This document shows, in pieces, positions 25,273-32,000 of a stretch of DNA of 32,000 bases. Numbering within the stretch: the stretch's first letter is position 1; each line of letters opens with the position of its first letter. Source of the stretch: Paracoccus suum (GTDB lineage: Bacteria > Pseudomonadota > Alphaproteobacteria > Rhodobacterales > Rhodobacteraceae); contig NZ_CP030918.1 in NCBI RefSeq assembly GCF_003324675.1, positions 2,790,001 through 2,822,000 on the forward strand, read 5' to 3'. The position numbers and the translations under genes were made by a program. The notes under the pieces are model-generated. The model was not told the DNA's origin. It saw only the letters and a program-made list of their open reading frames with translations, and did no database searches.

Positions 25273-25794
25273 TTATTGCTTGAATTGCGGCAGTTCTTTG
25301 CCCCAGGTGAAGGCTTGGGGGACATTCGTGTCGCCGGCCTCGATGGCGGTTTCCTGATTGGCGGCAGCCATGGCGGTGGCGCCGTCCTTGGTCGCCGCGA
25401 CCAGGCTGACCGCGCCTGCATCCGCCACCGTCAGCTCCTTGTCGTCGGCTTTCGCGCCGTTCTGTTCCATGATGTATGCCACAACGTTCAGGTAGGCGGC
25501 CTCGCCCAGTTGGCCCGGCGCGGCCGGCGGCATCGCGACCGAGATGAACTCGTAGAGTCCCCCGGCAGTGTCCCAGTTGCCCATCACGTCCTGGCCGAAC
25601 AGGCCGGGCGCCTCGAGACCCTCAAGGCGCAGGCCGTGGCACTGGGCGCATTGCGACGTGTATTCCGTCTTGCCCGCGCTCGCCTGATCGGCCGTGAACG
25701 CGGCTGCGGCACCGGGCCACATCGACCCGAGCGTCATCGCCAGCGATGACGTGATGGCCAGGGCGGCCCTCGGTCGGGAAAGTTGAGCGAGCAT
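25273..25794 (-). CDS. Periplasmic mono-haem c-type cytochrome (probable electron acceptor of the PQQ enzyme)
   Basis: 173 aa. Signal-like N-terminus and a single CXXCH (CAQCH), with a candidate axial Met in ISVAMPP. GGAGAG precedes the next gene 63 nt downstream. Confidence 0.75.
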   Translation of the reverse strand: MLAQLSRPRAALAITSSLAMTLGSMWPGAAAAFTADQASAGKTEYTSQCAQCHGLRLEGLEAPGLFGQDVMGNWDTAGGLYEFISVAMPPAAPGQLGEAAYLNVVAYIMEQNGAKADDKELTVADAGAVSLVAATKDGATAMAAANQETAIEAGDTNVPQAFTWGKELPQFKQ

Positions 25795-26085
25795 CTTAAC
25801 CTCTTACTGGCAGTCCGGCACGTACCACGGGCACCGGAGTGATTGGACGACGCGGCGCCTCTGCGCGAATGGACGCAAAGGGGACGGAGTCGATGCAGCG
25901 CGTGGTACGGACAGGACCCGTCCAGCCTGCATCATTGGCTCGGCTTGTGACGGATTTATGGAGCGCCCGGCTGGGCGGGTCCTTGCCCCGACACATCCTG
26001 TGCCTCTGGCGTGCGCCGTTTTCCGGGCGAGTTCAAGACTGCAATTGTATACTCTTGCATCCTGCGATTGTCCTTGTGGGGCGGG

Positions 26086-26820
26086 TCACCTCGCGGGGGT
26101 TTGTGACAAGGCACGGCGCACCGCGCGGGTCAGCGTGACGTCCCCGCGCCAGAGGCCAAAGGCCAGCGACTGCGATTCGGCCGCCTCGGGCGGCAGGTCC
26201 GCCACCTTCGTGTCCGGCGGCAGCGGTGTCAGGGTCGAAGCCAGGGCAGTCCCCCCACCGCGCAGATAGGCATCGAGCGCCGCCTGCGTCGCCAGCGGAC
26301 GCGCGCGCCACCCTTGGGCGCGAAGCCAGCCCGACAGGCGCAGCCGGTCCAGACCGGCCGAGCCCATGAAAACGCCGATCTCGGCCCCTTTCGGCAGTTC
26401 CGCCGCTGGCCCCGCGCGCACCATGGCAATGCGGCCGCCGTTGGGCAAAAGGGTCAGGAAATCGCGGTTGGCCGAGCTGTCGGCCAGTCCGCCGCCGATG
26501 ATGTCGCACTGGCCGCGCCCGATCTGCCAGTCGCGCGGGTTGAACGAGCGGCCCATGTTGGCAATCGCGACTGTCTGCAACGGCAAGCCCAGCCTCGCCG
26601 CGACCGCTTGCATCTGCCGTAACTCCGGTCCCGGCGCGCCGGGCTGATCGGCGGCAACAAGCGGACTGGCGAGGTCCGGCACGCAAAAGCGCAGCACGCG
26701 CTGCTTTCGCCTCTCGGCCAGCGAGGTGTCCGGCGGCAGGAAGCTCACGGCCAGCAGAAGCGCGGCGATCAGCCCGATGTCCAGCGCAGGCTTGCGCCAT
26801 CTGCGCCACCAGCGTGTCAC
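26086..26820 (-). CDS. Second MoxJ-like / PBP2-fold protein with N-terminal membrane anchor or uncleaved signal
   Basis: Only the last 244 codons of the 544-aa track ORF are credible. GTG at 26820 overlaps the permease stop (GTGA). N-terminus VTRWWRRWRKPALDIGLIAALLLAVSF. LRFCVPD and QCDIIGGG parallel LQVCTDV and TCDIMMGM of the other MoxJ-like protein. Confidence 0.6.
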   Translation of the reverse strand: MTRWWRRWRKPALDIGLIAALLLAVSFLPPDTSLAERRKQRVLRFCVPDLASPLVAADQPGAPGPELRQMQAVAARLGLPLQTVAIANMGRSFNPRDWQIGRGQCDIIGGGLADSSANRDFLTLLPNGGRIAMVRAGPAAELPKGAEIGVFMGSAGLDRLRLSGWLRAQGWRARPLATQAALDAYLRGGGTALASTLTPLPPDTKVADLPPEAAESQSLAFGLWRGDVTLTRAVRRALSQTPAR

Positions 26821-27626
26821 CTGCCAAAGCTCCGCAGCGCCCACAGAAAGAAACCGACGCAGCCCGCAGCCACGAGGCCAAATCCGGTCTGCGCCGGAAA
26901 CTGGTTGAAGTTGATCAGGATGCCGCGCAGCGCATCGACCGCATAGGTGATCGGATTGACACGGATCAGCCAGACAAGCCATTCGGGATAGGTCGCGACC
27001 AGTTGCGTGCGGGTCAGCGACGGGTCCAGCGGAAAGACCGAGCTGGAAGCGAAATAGAGCGGCAGGATGACGGTGTTGGAAAAGACGCCAAACCCCTCGA
27101 AACTGCGGACCTTGCTCGCCAGCACCACGCCAAAGCAGGTCAGCGCAAAGGATAGCGCGAACATGTAGACGACCGCCTGCAGCACCTGCGGGACAGTCAG
27201 GGTCACGTCGGCAAAGCGGGCGAGGATCAGGACCAGGATTCCGTGGCCGGTGGCGGCGGTGGCGCCGCCCAGGACCTTGCCCAGCAGCGCCGCCCATCTG
27301 GGCAGGGGCGCGACCAGAACCTCGCGCAGAAAGCCGAACTCGCGGTCCCAGATCACCGAGACGGCGAACTGGATCGAAGTGTACATGATGTTCAGCACGA
27401 TCACGGCGGGAAAGAGGAACTGCAGGTAGCTGTAGGGCAGCACCAGCCGGACCTCGCCAAAGACCTCGCCGCGGAAATAGGGGTTGAGGCCGACCCCGAG
27501 GATCAGCAGCCAGATCAGCGGCCGGCTGACGCCGCCCAGCAGCTGGCCCTTGTCGCGGGTGGCGCGCATGATCTCGCGCAGCCAGATGCCGTGAATGCCG
27601 CGCAGGATGGGGACGACTGAACTCAT
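26817..27626 (-). CDS. ABC-2-type transporter permease
   Basis: 269 aa with six hydrophobic spans. The N-terminal IWLREIMRATRDKGQLLGGVSRPLIWLLILG pattern is typical of ABC-2 (DrrB/NodJ-like) permeases. AAGGA precedes the ATG. Confidence 0.85.
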   Translation of the reverse strand: MSSVVPILRGIHGIWLREIMRATRDKGQLLGGVSRPLIWLLILGVGLNPYFRGEVFGEVRLVLPYSYLQFLFPAVIVLNIMYTSIQFAVSVIWDREFGFLREVLVAPLPRWAALLGKVLGGATAATGHGILVLILARFADVTLTVPQVLQAVVYMFALSFALTCFGVVLASKVRSFEGFGVFSNTVILPLYFASSSVFPLDPSLTRTQLVATYPEWLVWLIRVNPITYAVDALRGILINFNQFPAQTGFGLVAAGCVGFFLWALRSFGR

Positions 27627-27647
27627 GAGCGATCCTTGCCCGCAGGC

Positions 27648-28457
27648 CTACAGCGCCTGCCCGCGTCCATAGAAATCCGATTGCGGGTCCGAAAGGACCA
27701 TCTGCCTCAGCTGGTCCCACAGCCGCTCGCGCAGCGCGGCAAACTGGGGCTGCAGGCGCGGATCGCCCGGCTGCCGGGCAAAGGGCACCGTCAGGAGGTC
27801 CGCCACCCTGCCCGGCCGCGGGCTCATCAGCAGCACCCGGTCCCCCAGAACCAGCGCCTCGTCGACGCTATGGGTCACAAAGACCACCGTCCGGGGCCGC
27901 CCCTCATGGGTCACGCGCGACAGTTTGAGGATTTCACCCTGCATCAACTCGCGCGACTGGGCATCGAGGCTGGCGAAGGGCTCGTCCATCAAAAGGATGT
28001 CCGTCTCGGCTGCAAGCGCGCGGGCCAGCGCTACGCGCTGCTGCATCCCGCCGGACAGAGCCCGCGGAAACGCCCTGGCAACGCGCGAAAGGCCGACCAC
28101 GCTTAGAAAATGCGCGACGCGCGCCGCGCGCTGGTCCGGATCGAGATGAGGCAATGCAAAGGCGAGGTTGCCCGCGACCGTCTTCCACGGCAGCAGCCGA
28201 AAATTCTGAAACACCAGCGCGCTGTCCTCGCCTGCCCGCGGCGGGCTGCCCTCGACCAGAACGCGGCCCGCGCTGGGCCGCAGCAGCCCGGCGATCAGAC
28301 GCAGCAATGTGGTCTTGCCACAGCCCGAAGGGCCTAGGACCACCAGCACCTCGCCCCGGTCCACGCCCAGCGAGATATCCTGGATCGCGGGCGGGCCACC
28401 CGGCTGGAACGCGAGCGAGACCTTGTCGAACAGGATATGCGGCGCTGCCCCCGGCAA
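27648..28457 (-). CDS. NitT/TauT-family (nitrate/sulfonate/taurine type) ABC ATPase
   Basis: TTG start directly abuts the upstream stop. Walker A GPSGCGKTT, LVFQNFRLLPWKTV (family-typical), signature LSGGMQQRV, Walker B ILLMDEPFASLD. Confidence 0.85.
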   Translation of the reverse strand: MPGAAPHILFDKVSLAFQPGGPPAIQDISLGVDRGEVLVVLGPSGCGKTTLLRLIAGLLRPSAGRVLVEGSPPRAGEDSALVFQNFRLLPWKTVAGNLAFALPHLDPDQRAARVAHFLSVVGLSRVARAFPRALSGGMQQRVALARALAAETDILLMDEPFASLDAQSRELMQGEILKLSRVTHEGRPRTVVFVTHSVDEALVLGDRVLLMSPRPGRVADLLTVPFARQPGDPRLQPQFAALRERLWDQLRQMVLSDPQSDFYGRGQAL

Positions 28458-29468
28458 TCAGCGCGAAACCTTGTCGGCGCCCTCGACCGGACCGATCTTG
28501 TCCAGCACCGCGTCGACTGGTCCGAAATCGGCCCAGTCCTGCAGCGAGACCTGGGGCAGGCCCTTGAAGTCCTCGGACTGGTACAGCCACTCTTGCGTGG
28601 TTTCCAACTCGTCCTTTTGCAGCCCGCCGTTGATCGACCAACTCGTCAGGAACGCCTCGCCCAGCGTGGCGAGGGTCGCAGGGTCAACGTCGGGGCGCAG
28701 CGGGGCCATGGCCTTGGGCCAGGCGTCCTTGTCCTTGGCCATGTCGCGCGCCGCAAGCGTCAGCGCCTCGATCACCGAAGTGACCTCCTTGCCGCGATTT
28801 TCCAGGGTCTCGGTCTTGACCGCATTTACCTTGGAGACGACCGGGGCGGCCTTGAAATAGTCCTTGACCGGGATCAGGATCGGCAGCTTGTCATGGCCGG
28901 GCAGCGCCAGGTAACTGCCGATCGAGATCGTCGTGGCATCGATCTGGCCAGCCGCCAGTGCCTGCGCGCGGACGTTGGGCTGGCCCAGTGCGACCATTTT
29001 CAACCCCTCGACGTCGATGCCCTTGTCGGACAGGACCTTGGCAGACAGCGTGTGATCGAGGCTGCCGATGCGGCCGATGCCAAAGCTTTTTCCGGCCAGC
29101 CCCTCCAGCGTCATCCCCTCTTTGCCGGCGATCAGATAGGGCAGCGCCTTGTTCGGCGAGGTCACAGCGCGCAGGTCCTTGGCGCCCTGCGCGACAAGTT
29201 GCACCAGGCTCTCGGTGGCGACGTTGGCCATCTCGCCCTCGCCCGACTGCAAGGCGGCGAGAGCCATGGGCGTCTGCTGGACGCGCACGATCTCCACCTC
29301 GACACCCGCGCGGTCGAAATAACCGCCGGCCTTCGCGATATCGACAACCGAGTTCGGCACTAGCGGTGGCTCGAGGTCGGTGATGACCAGCCGGAATGGC
29401 GCGGCCCCGACGGCGGTGCCCAGAACCAAAAGCGAGACGGTCGTGGCGATGAGGGTTTTCAGGCGCAT
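28458..29468 (-). CDS. NMT1/SsuA/TauA-like periplasmic substrate-binding protein
   Basis: 336 aa. Signal peptide MRLKTLIATTVSLLVLGTAVGAA. Body pattern (VVDIAKAGGYFDRAGVEVEIV...ALQSGE...GKSFGIGRIGSLDH) resembles aliphatic-sulfonate/NMT1-type SBPs. Confidence 0.75.
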   Translation of the reverse strand: MRLKTLIATTVSLLVLGTAVGAAPFRLVITDLEPPLVPNSVVDIAKAGGYFDRAGVEVEIVRVQQTPMALAALQSGEGEMANVATESLVQLVAQGAKDLRAVTSPNKALPYLIAGKEGMTLEGLAGKSFGIGRIGSLDHTLSAKVLSDKGIDVEGLKMVALGQPNVRAQALAAGQIDATTISIGSYLALPGHDKLPILIPVKDYFKAAPVVSKVNAVKTETLENRGKEVTSVIEALTLAARDMAKDKDAWPKAMAPLRPDVDPATLATLGEAFLTSWSINGGLQKDELETTQEWLYQSEDFKGLPQVSLQDWADFGPVDAVLDKIGPVEGADKVSR

Positions 29469-29483
29469 GACGATGCTCCGCGT

Positions 29484-30242
29484 TCAGGGTGAGGGCTTGG
29501 CGCTGCCCGCCGAGGTCCAGCGGGTCAGGCGGTTCTCCAGATGGCGCAGGACCTCGGTAACCAGCACGCCGATCAGCGACAAGGTCATGACCACCACGAA
29601 ATACTCCGCCATGCGGAAACTGGCGCCATAGGTGGCCAGCAGCCCGCCGAGGCCGGAGACAGCGGTGTAAAGCTCGGCCACGACGGTGTTGATCAGCCCT
29701 ATGGTAGCGCCGATCCGCAGGCCCGTCATCAGGAACGGCGCGGCGCCCGGTAGGATGACATGGGCAAAGATACGACCCTGCCCGGCCCCGGTCGCGCGCG
29801 CCATCTCGATCAGGTCGCGGTCGGCGCCGCGCACGCCGGTGTAGGTGTTCAGGATGATGGGCATGACGGCACCCAGAAAGACGATAAAGACCTTAGCCTC
29901 GATCCCCAGCCCCAGCAGGACAATGATCAGCGGGATAAAGGCGACGCGGGGAGTCGCCGCGAGCGCATAGACGAAGATGTCGATGATCCGCCCGAAGAGG
30001 GGCGCCATGCCCATCGCGGCGCCGAGCGCGATCCCGAGGACTGCGGCCAGCCCGGTCCCTGTCAGATAGACCCGCAGCGATGCAAGGATGGCGCTGTAAA
30101 GCCGTCCCTCGCCCAGCATGACCTTTGCCGCCGCTAGCGTTTGCATCGGCGAGGCGAACAGGCCCTGCGGCATGCGCGCGGCGATCGCGGCCCACAGCGC
30201 AATCAGCAGGACGAGGAGGATTACCCGGCCAAGCGCGATCAT
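29484..30242 (-). CDS. NitT/TauT-family ABC permease (SsuC/TauC type)
   Basis: 252 aa polytopic. EAA-like loop GVRGADRDLIEMARATGAGQGRIFAHVILPGAAP. ATG overlaps the upstream ATPase stop (ATGA at 30239-30242). Confidence 0.85.
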   Translation of the reverse strand: MIALGRVILLVLLIALWAAIAARMPQGLFASPMQTLAAAKVMLGEGRLYSAILASLRVYLTGTGLAAVLGIALGAAMGMAPLFGRIIDIFVYALAATPRVAFIPLIIVLLGLGIEAKVFIVFLGAVMPIILNTYTGVRGADRDLIEMARATGAGQGRIFAHVILPGAAPFLMTGLRIGATIGLINTVVAELYTAVSGLGGLLATYGASFRMAEYFVVVMTLSLIGVLVTEVLRHLENRLTRWTSAGSAKPSP

Positions 30243-31237
30243 CGCCGACCGGCCCTGCGCCCGGCATCGCGCTGCGCCGCCCGCTCTCCATCGGCGCGGT
30301 CCCGCAACGCGCGGCCGGTCAGCGACAGGAACACTCCCTCCAGCGTCGGCGCCTCGTAGCGCATTTCACTGAGACGATTGCCAAAGCGGGCGAGGAAATC
30401 CGCGCCGAACTGATCGCCGCCGGCTGGAATGGCCAGTGCGCCGTCCTCCAAGACCCGCGCCTGCGGATAGGCCGCGATCAGCGCCTCGCGGTCATCGGGC
30501 GAGGCAGGCTTCACGTGCAAAAAGGCATGGCCGAGCGTGGTCTTCAACTCATCCGGGGTGCCCTGCGCGATGATGCGCCCCTCGTCGATGATGCAGATCT
30601 GGTCTGCGCCCTCGACCTCTTCGATGTAATGCGTGGTGGTCAGCAGCGTCAGCCCGCGTTCGCGGCGCATGGCGTTCAGGTAGACCCAGATGCGCGCGCG
30701 GGTCTGCGCGTCAAGTCCGACGGTCGGCTCGTCCAGAAACAGGATCTGCGGGTCGTGCATCAGCGCCCGTGCAATCTCCAGCCGGCGCTTCATGCCACCG
30801 GAAAAGCTGCGCACGATGCTCTCGCGCCAATCCTCCAGATCGACCAGCGCCAGCATTCGGTCGATGGCCTGCGCGCGCGCCCGCGGGCCCATGCCATAGA
30901 CGCGTCCGTGAAAATCGAGGTTCTCCTCGGCCGACAGGCGATCGTCGAGGCTGGCGTCCTGAAACACCATGCCGATGGCCTTTCGGACCTTGAGCGGCGC
31001 CTTGACGACATCATGGCCCGCGACCTGCGCCAGCCCTCGGCCGGGGGGCAACAATGTCGCCAGCACCGACATGAGCGTCGTCTTGCCCGCCCCGTTCGGC
31101 CCCAGCAGCGCGAACGAACTGCCTGGCGCGACTGTCATCGACACATCGTCCAGCGCCAGCGTGCTGCCATAGCTGAGGGACAGGTCGCGGACCTGAACCG
31201 CGGGAGGTAACGAAGCTAGGGTCGGGATGCTGAACAT
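30239..31237 (-). CDS. ABC-2-system ATPase (DrrA/CcmA-like exporter-type ATP-binding protein)
   Basis: The credible start is ATG at 31237 (MFSIPTLASLPPAVQVRDLSLSYG). Walker A GPNGAGKTT, signature FSGGMKRRL, Walker B ILFLDEPTVGLD. The upstream 218 codons of the track ORF are Arg/Gly/Ala-rich filler. Confidence 0.85.
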   Translation of the reverse strand: MFSIPTLASLPPAVQVRDLSLSYGSTLALDDVSMTVAPGSSFALLGPNGAGKTTLMSVLATLLPPGRGLAQVAGHDVVKAPLKVRKAIGMVFQDASLDDRLSAEENLDFHGRVYGMGPRARAQAIDRMLALVDLEDWRESIVRSFSGGMKRRLEIARALMHDPQILFLDEPTVGLDAQTRARIWVYLNAMRRERGLTLLTTTHYIEEVEGADQICIIDEGRIIAQGTPDELKTTLGHAFLHVKPASPDDREALIAAYPQARVLEDGALAIPAGGDQFGADFLARFGNRLSEMRYEAPTLEGVFLSLTGRALRDRADGERAAQRDAGRRAGRR

Positions 31238-31474
31238 TGATCTGCGAGGGCCCTTGCAGCCGCGCTGGCGCGGAAGGCTCGCCAGCACTGACCCGGCATA
31301 GCCCGCTATCGGGCGGCGCGAAAGCCCGCAGCGGCCGTGGCAGCGTGGCCGGGCTCCAGCGGGCGAAGCGCCGACATGCCAGCCACGCGCCCAACAAGAC
31401 GCCGCCCAACCGCGCTTTACACCAGCGCCGCCCTGCCCTTTTATCCTTACCCGACGTCGATCGAAGGGGGGCAC

Positions 31475-32000
31475 ATGAGCGATGGTCCAGACGAGGCCGT
31501 GCGGCTGGGCGATGTCACCATTGCCTTCCCGACGCCCGGCAACGGCGTGTTCACGGCGGTCGAGGGCGCCAACCTGACGGTGGCAAAAGGCGAGTTCGTG
31601 GCCATTGTCGGCCCGACCGGCTGCGGCAAGTCCACCTTGCTGAACGCGGCGGCGGGGCTGCTGCGGCCGGCCGCGGGCAGCGTCACCATCAAGGGCCGTC
31701 CCCTCGCAGGCCTCAATCGGGGCGCGGGTTACCTGTTCCAGTCGGACGCGCTGCTGCCGTGGAAAACCTCGCGCCAGAACGTCGCCCTGGGGCTGGAGGT
31801 TGCGGGCACGCCCCCCGCCAAGGCCCGCGCGCTGGCCGATGAGTGGCTGGCCCGGGTCGGCCTCGCCGGGTTCGGCGATCGCTGGCCGCACCTCCTGTCG
31901 GGAGGGCAGCGCAAGCGTGTTGCCATGGCACAGGTGCTGATCCGCCAGCCCGGCATCCTGCTGATGGACGAGCCTTTCGGCCCGCTGGACGCGCAGACCC
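31475..32000 (+). CDS. NitT/TauT-family ABC ATPase, 3'-truncated by the window edge
   Basis: Not in the ORF track because it has no stop in the window. ATG at 31475 after GAAGGGGGG. Translation MSDGPDEAVRLGDVTIAF...GPTGCGKST...YLFQSDALLPWKT...LSGGQRKRV...ILLMDEPFGPLDAQT, open to base 32000. Confidence 0.8.
   Translation, partial: MSDGPDEAVRLGDVTIAFPTPGNGVFTAVEGANLTVAKGEFVAIVGPTGCGKSTLLNAAAGLLRPAAGSVTIKGRPLAGLNRGAGYLFQSDALLPWKTSRQNVALGLEVAGTPPAKARALADEWLARVGLAGFGDRWPHLLSGGQRKRVAMAQVLIRQPGILLMDEPFGPLDAQT

Noticed and set aside
26047-26052. Third GTATAC hexamer upstream of the cytochrome c/PQQ operon as another GntR site
   Set aside because: The flanks do not match the two sites near the GntR gene, and the same hexamer also occurs inside coding sequence (20129-20134). 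It is compatible with chance in AT-richer intergenic DNA.
26821-27720. N-terminal 300 codons of the 544-aa ORF 26086..27720
   Set aside because: This part overlaps the ABC-2 permease in another frame and the end of the TauB-like ATPase, and translates to Arg/Pro/Gly filler. Only the last 244 codons, from the GTG at 26820 that overlaps the permease stop, look like a real protein.
31238-31891. Upstream 218-codon extension of the ABC-2 ATPase ORF, and the 201-aa plus-strand ORF 31237..31842
   Set aside because: Both are Arg/Gly/Ala-rich with no motifs, and both conflict with the well-supported plus-strand ATPase starting at 31475. The ATPase homology begins at the ATG at 31237.
1-32000. Mobile elements, CRISPR arrays, tRNA/rRNA genes, toxin-antitoxin or phage-defence cassettes
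   Set aside because: I looked for transposase, integrase or recombinase-like translations, regularly spaced direct repeats, cloverleaf-sized conserved segments and small paired ORFs, and found none. The RHH protein is 139 aa and is paired with an esterase, not a toxin. This was a by-eye scan, so short or degenerate elements could have been missed.

Overview
GC-rich bacterial chromosomal segment. Codon usage and protein families look alphaproteobacterial, possibly Rhodobacterales/Paracoccus-like, but that is a guess. All family assignments come from reading the translations by eye; no search was run. I support about 34 tightly packed protein-coding genes. I saw no rRNA, tRNA, CRISPR array, transposase or integrase. 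Left part (1-14.5 kb): tail of a HutC-type regulator, then a leaderless Cys-type arylsulfatase. Next come a divergent hydantoinase/dihydropyrimidinase-family amidohydrolase and a FadR-type GntR regulator, then a VOC protein. An Opp/Dpp-type ABC importer follows (SBP, 2 permeases, 2 ATPases). It continues by 4-nt start/stop overlaps into a second family-5 SBP paralogue with no signal peptide and into an amidohydrolase. After that lie a twice-frameshifted remnant of a polar-amino-acid ABC ATPase and a class-V aminotransferase/cysteine-desulfurase-like gene. Middle (14.7-22.5 kb): an RHH regulator plus a PHB-depolymerase-family esterase, and a SorAB-type sulfite dehydrogenase downstream of an ECF sigma/anti-sigma pair. 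A divergent second ECF operon encodes a Yx(FWY)xxD secreted protein, a sigma and an anti-sigma. It is followed by a site-2-protease (M50)-like membrane protein that has lost both catalytic motifs. Right part (22.5-32 kb): a cytochrome c / atypical PQQ dehydrogenase / MoxJ-like operon. Upstream of it is a six-gene operon in which an ABC-2-type ATPase and its permease are separated by a complete NitT/TauT-type importer cassette; it ends in a second, membrane-anchored MoxJ-like protein. A partial TauB-like ATPase runs off the 3' edge. Best leads: (1) an identical ECF-type box, GGGAAT-N17-CGTC, upstream of sorAB and of the dead M50-like gene, with a near copy upstream of the second sigma operon; (2) the interleaved ABC systems; (3) the PQQ enzyme lacking the vicinal Cys-Cys and two metal-ligand motifs; (4) the cytoplasmic SBP paralogue.
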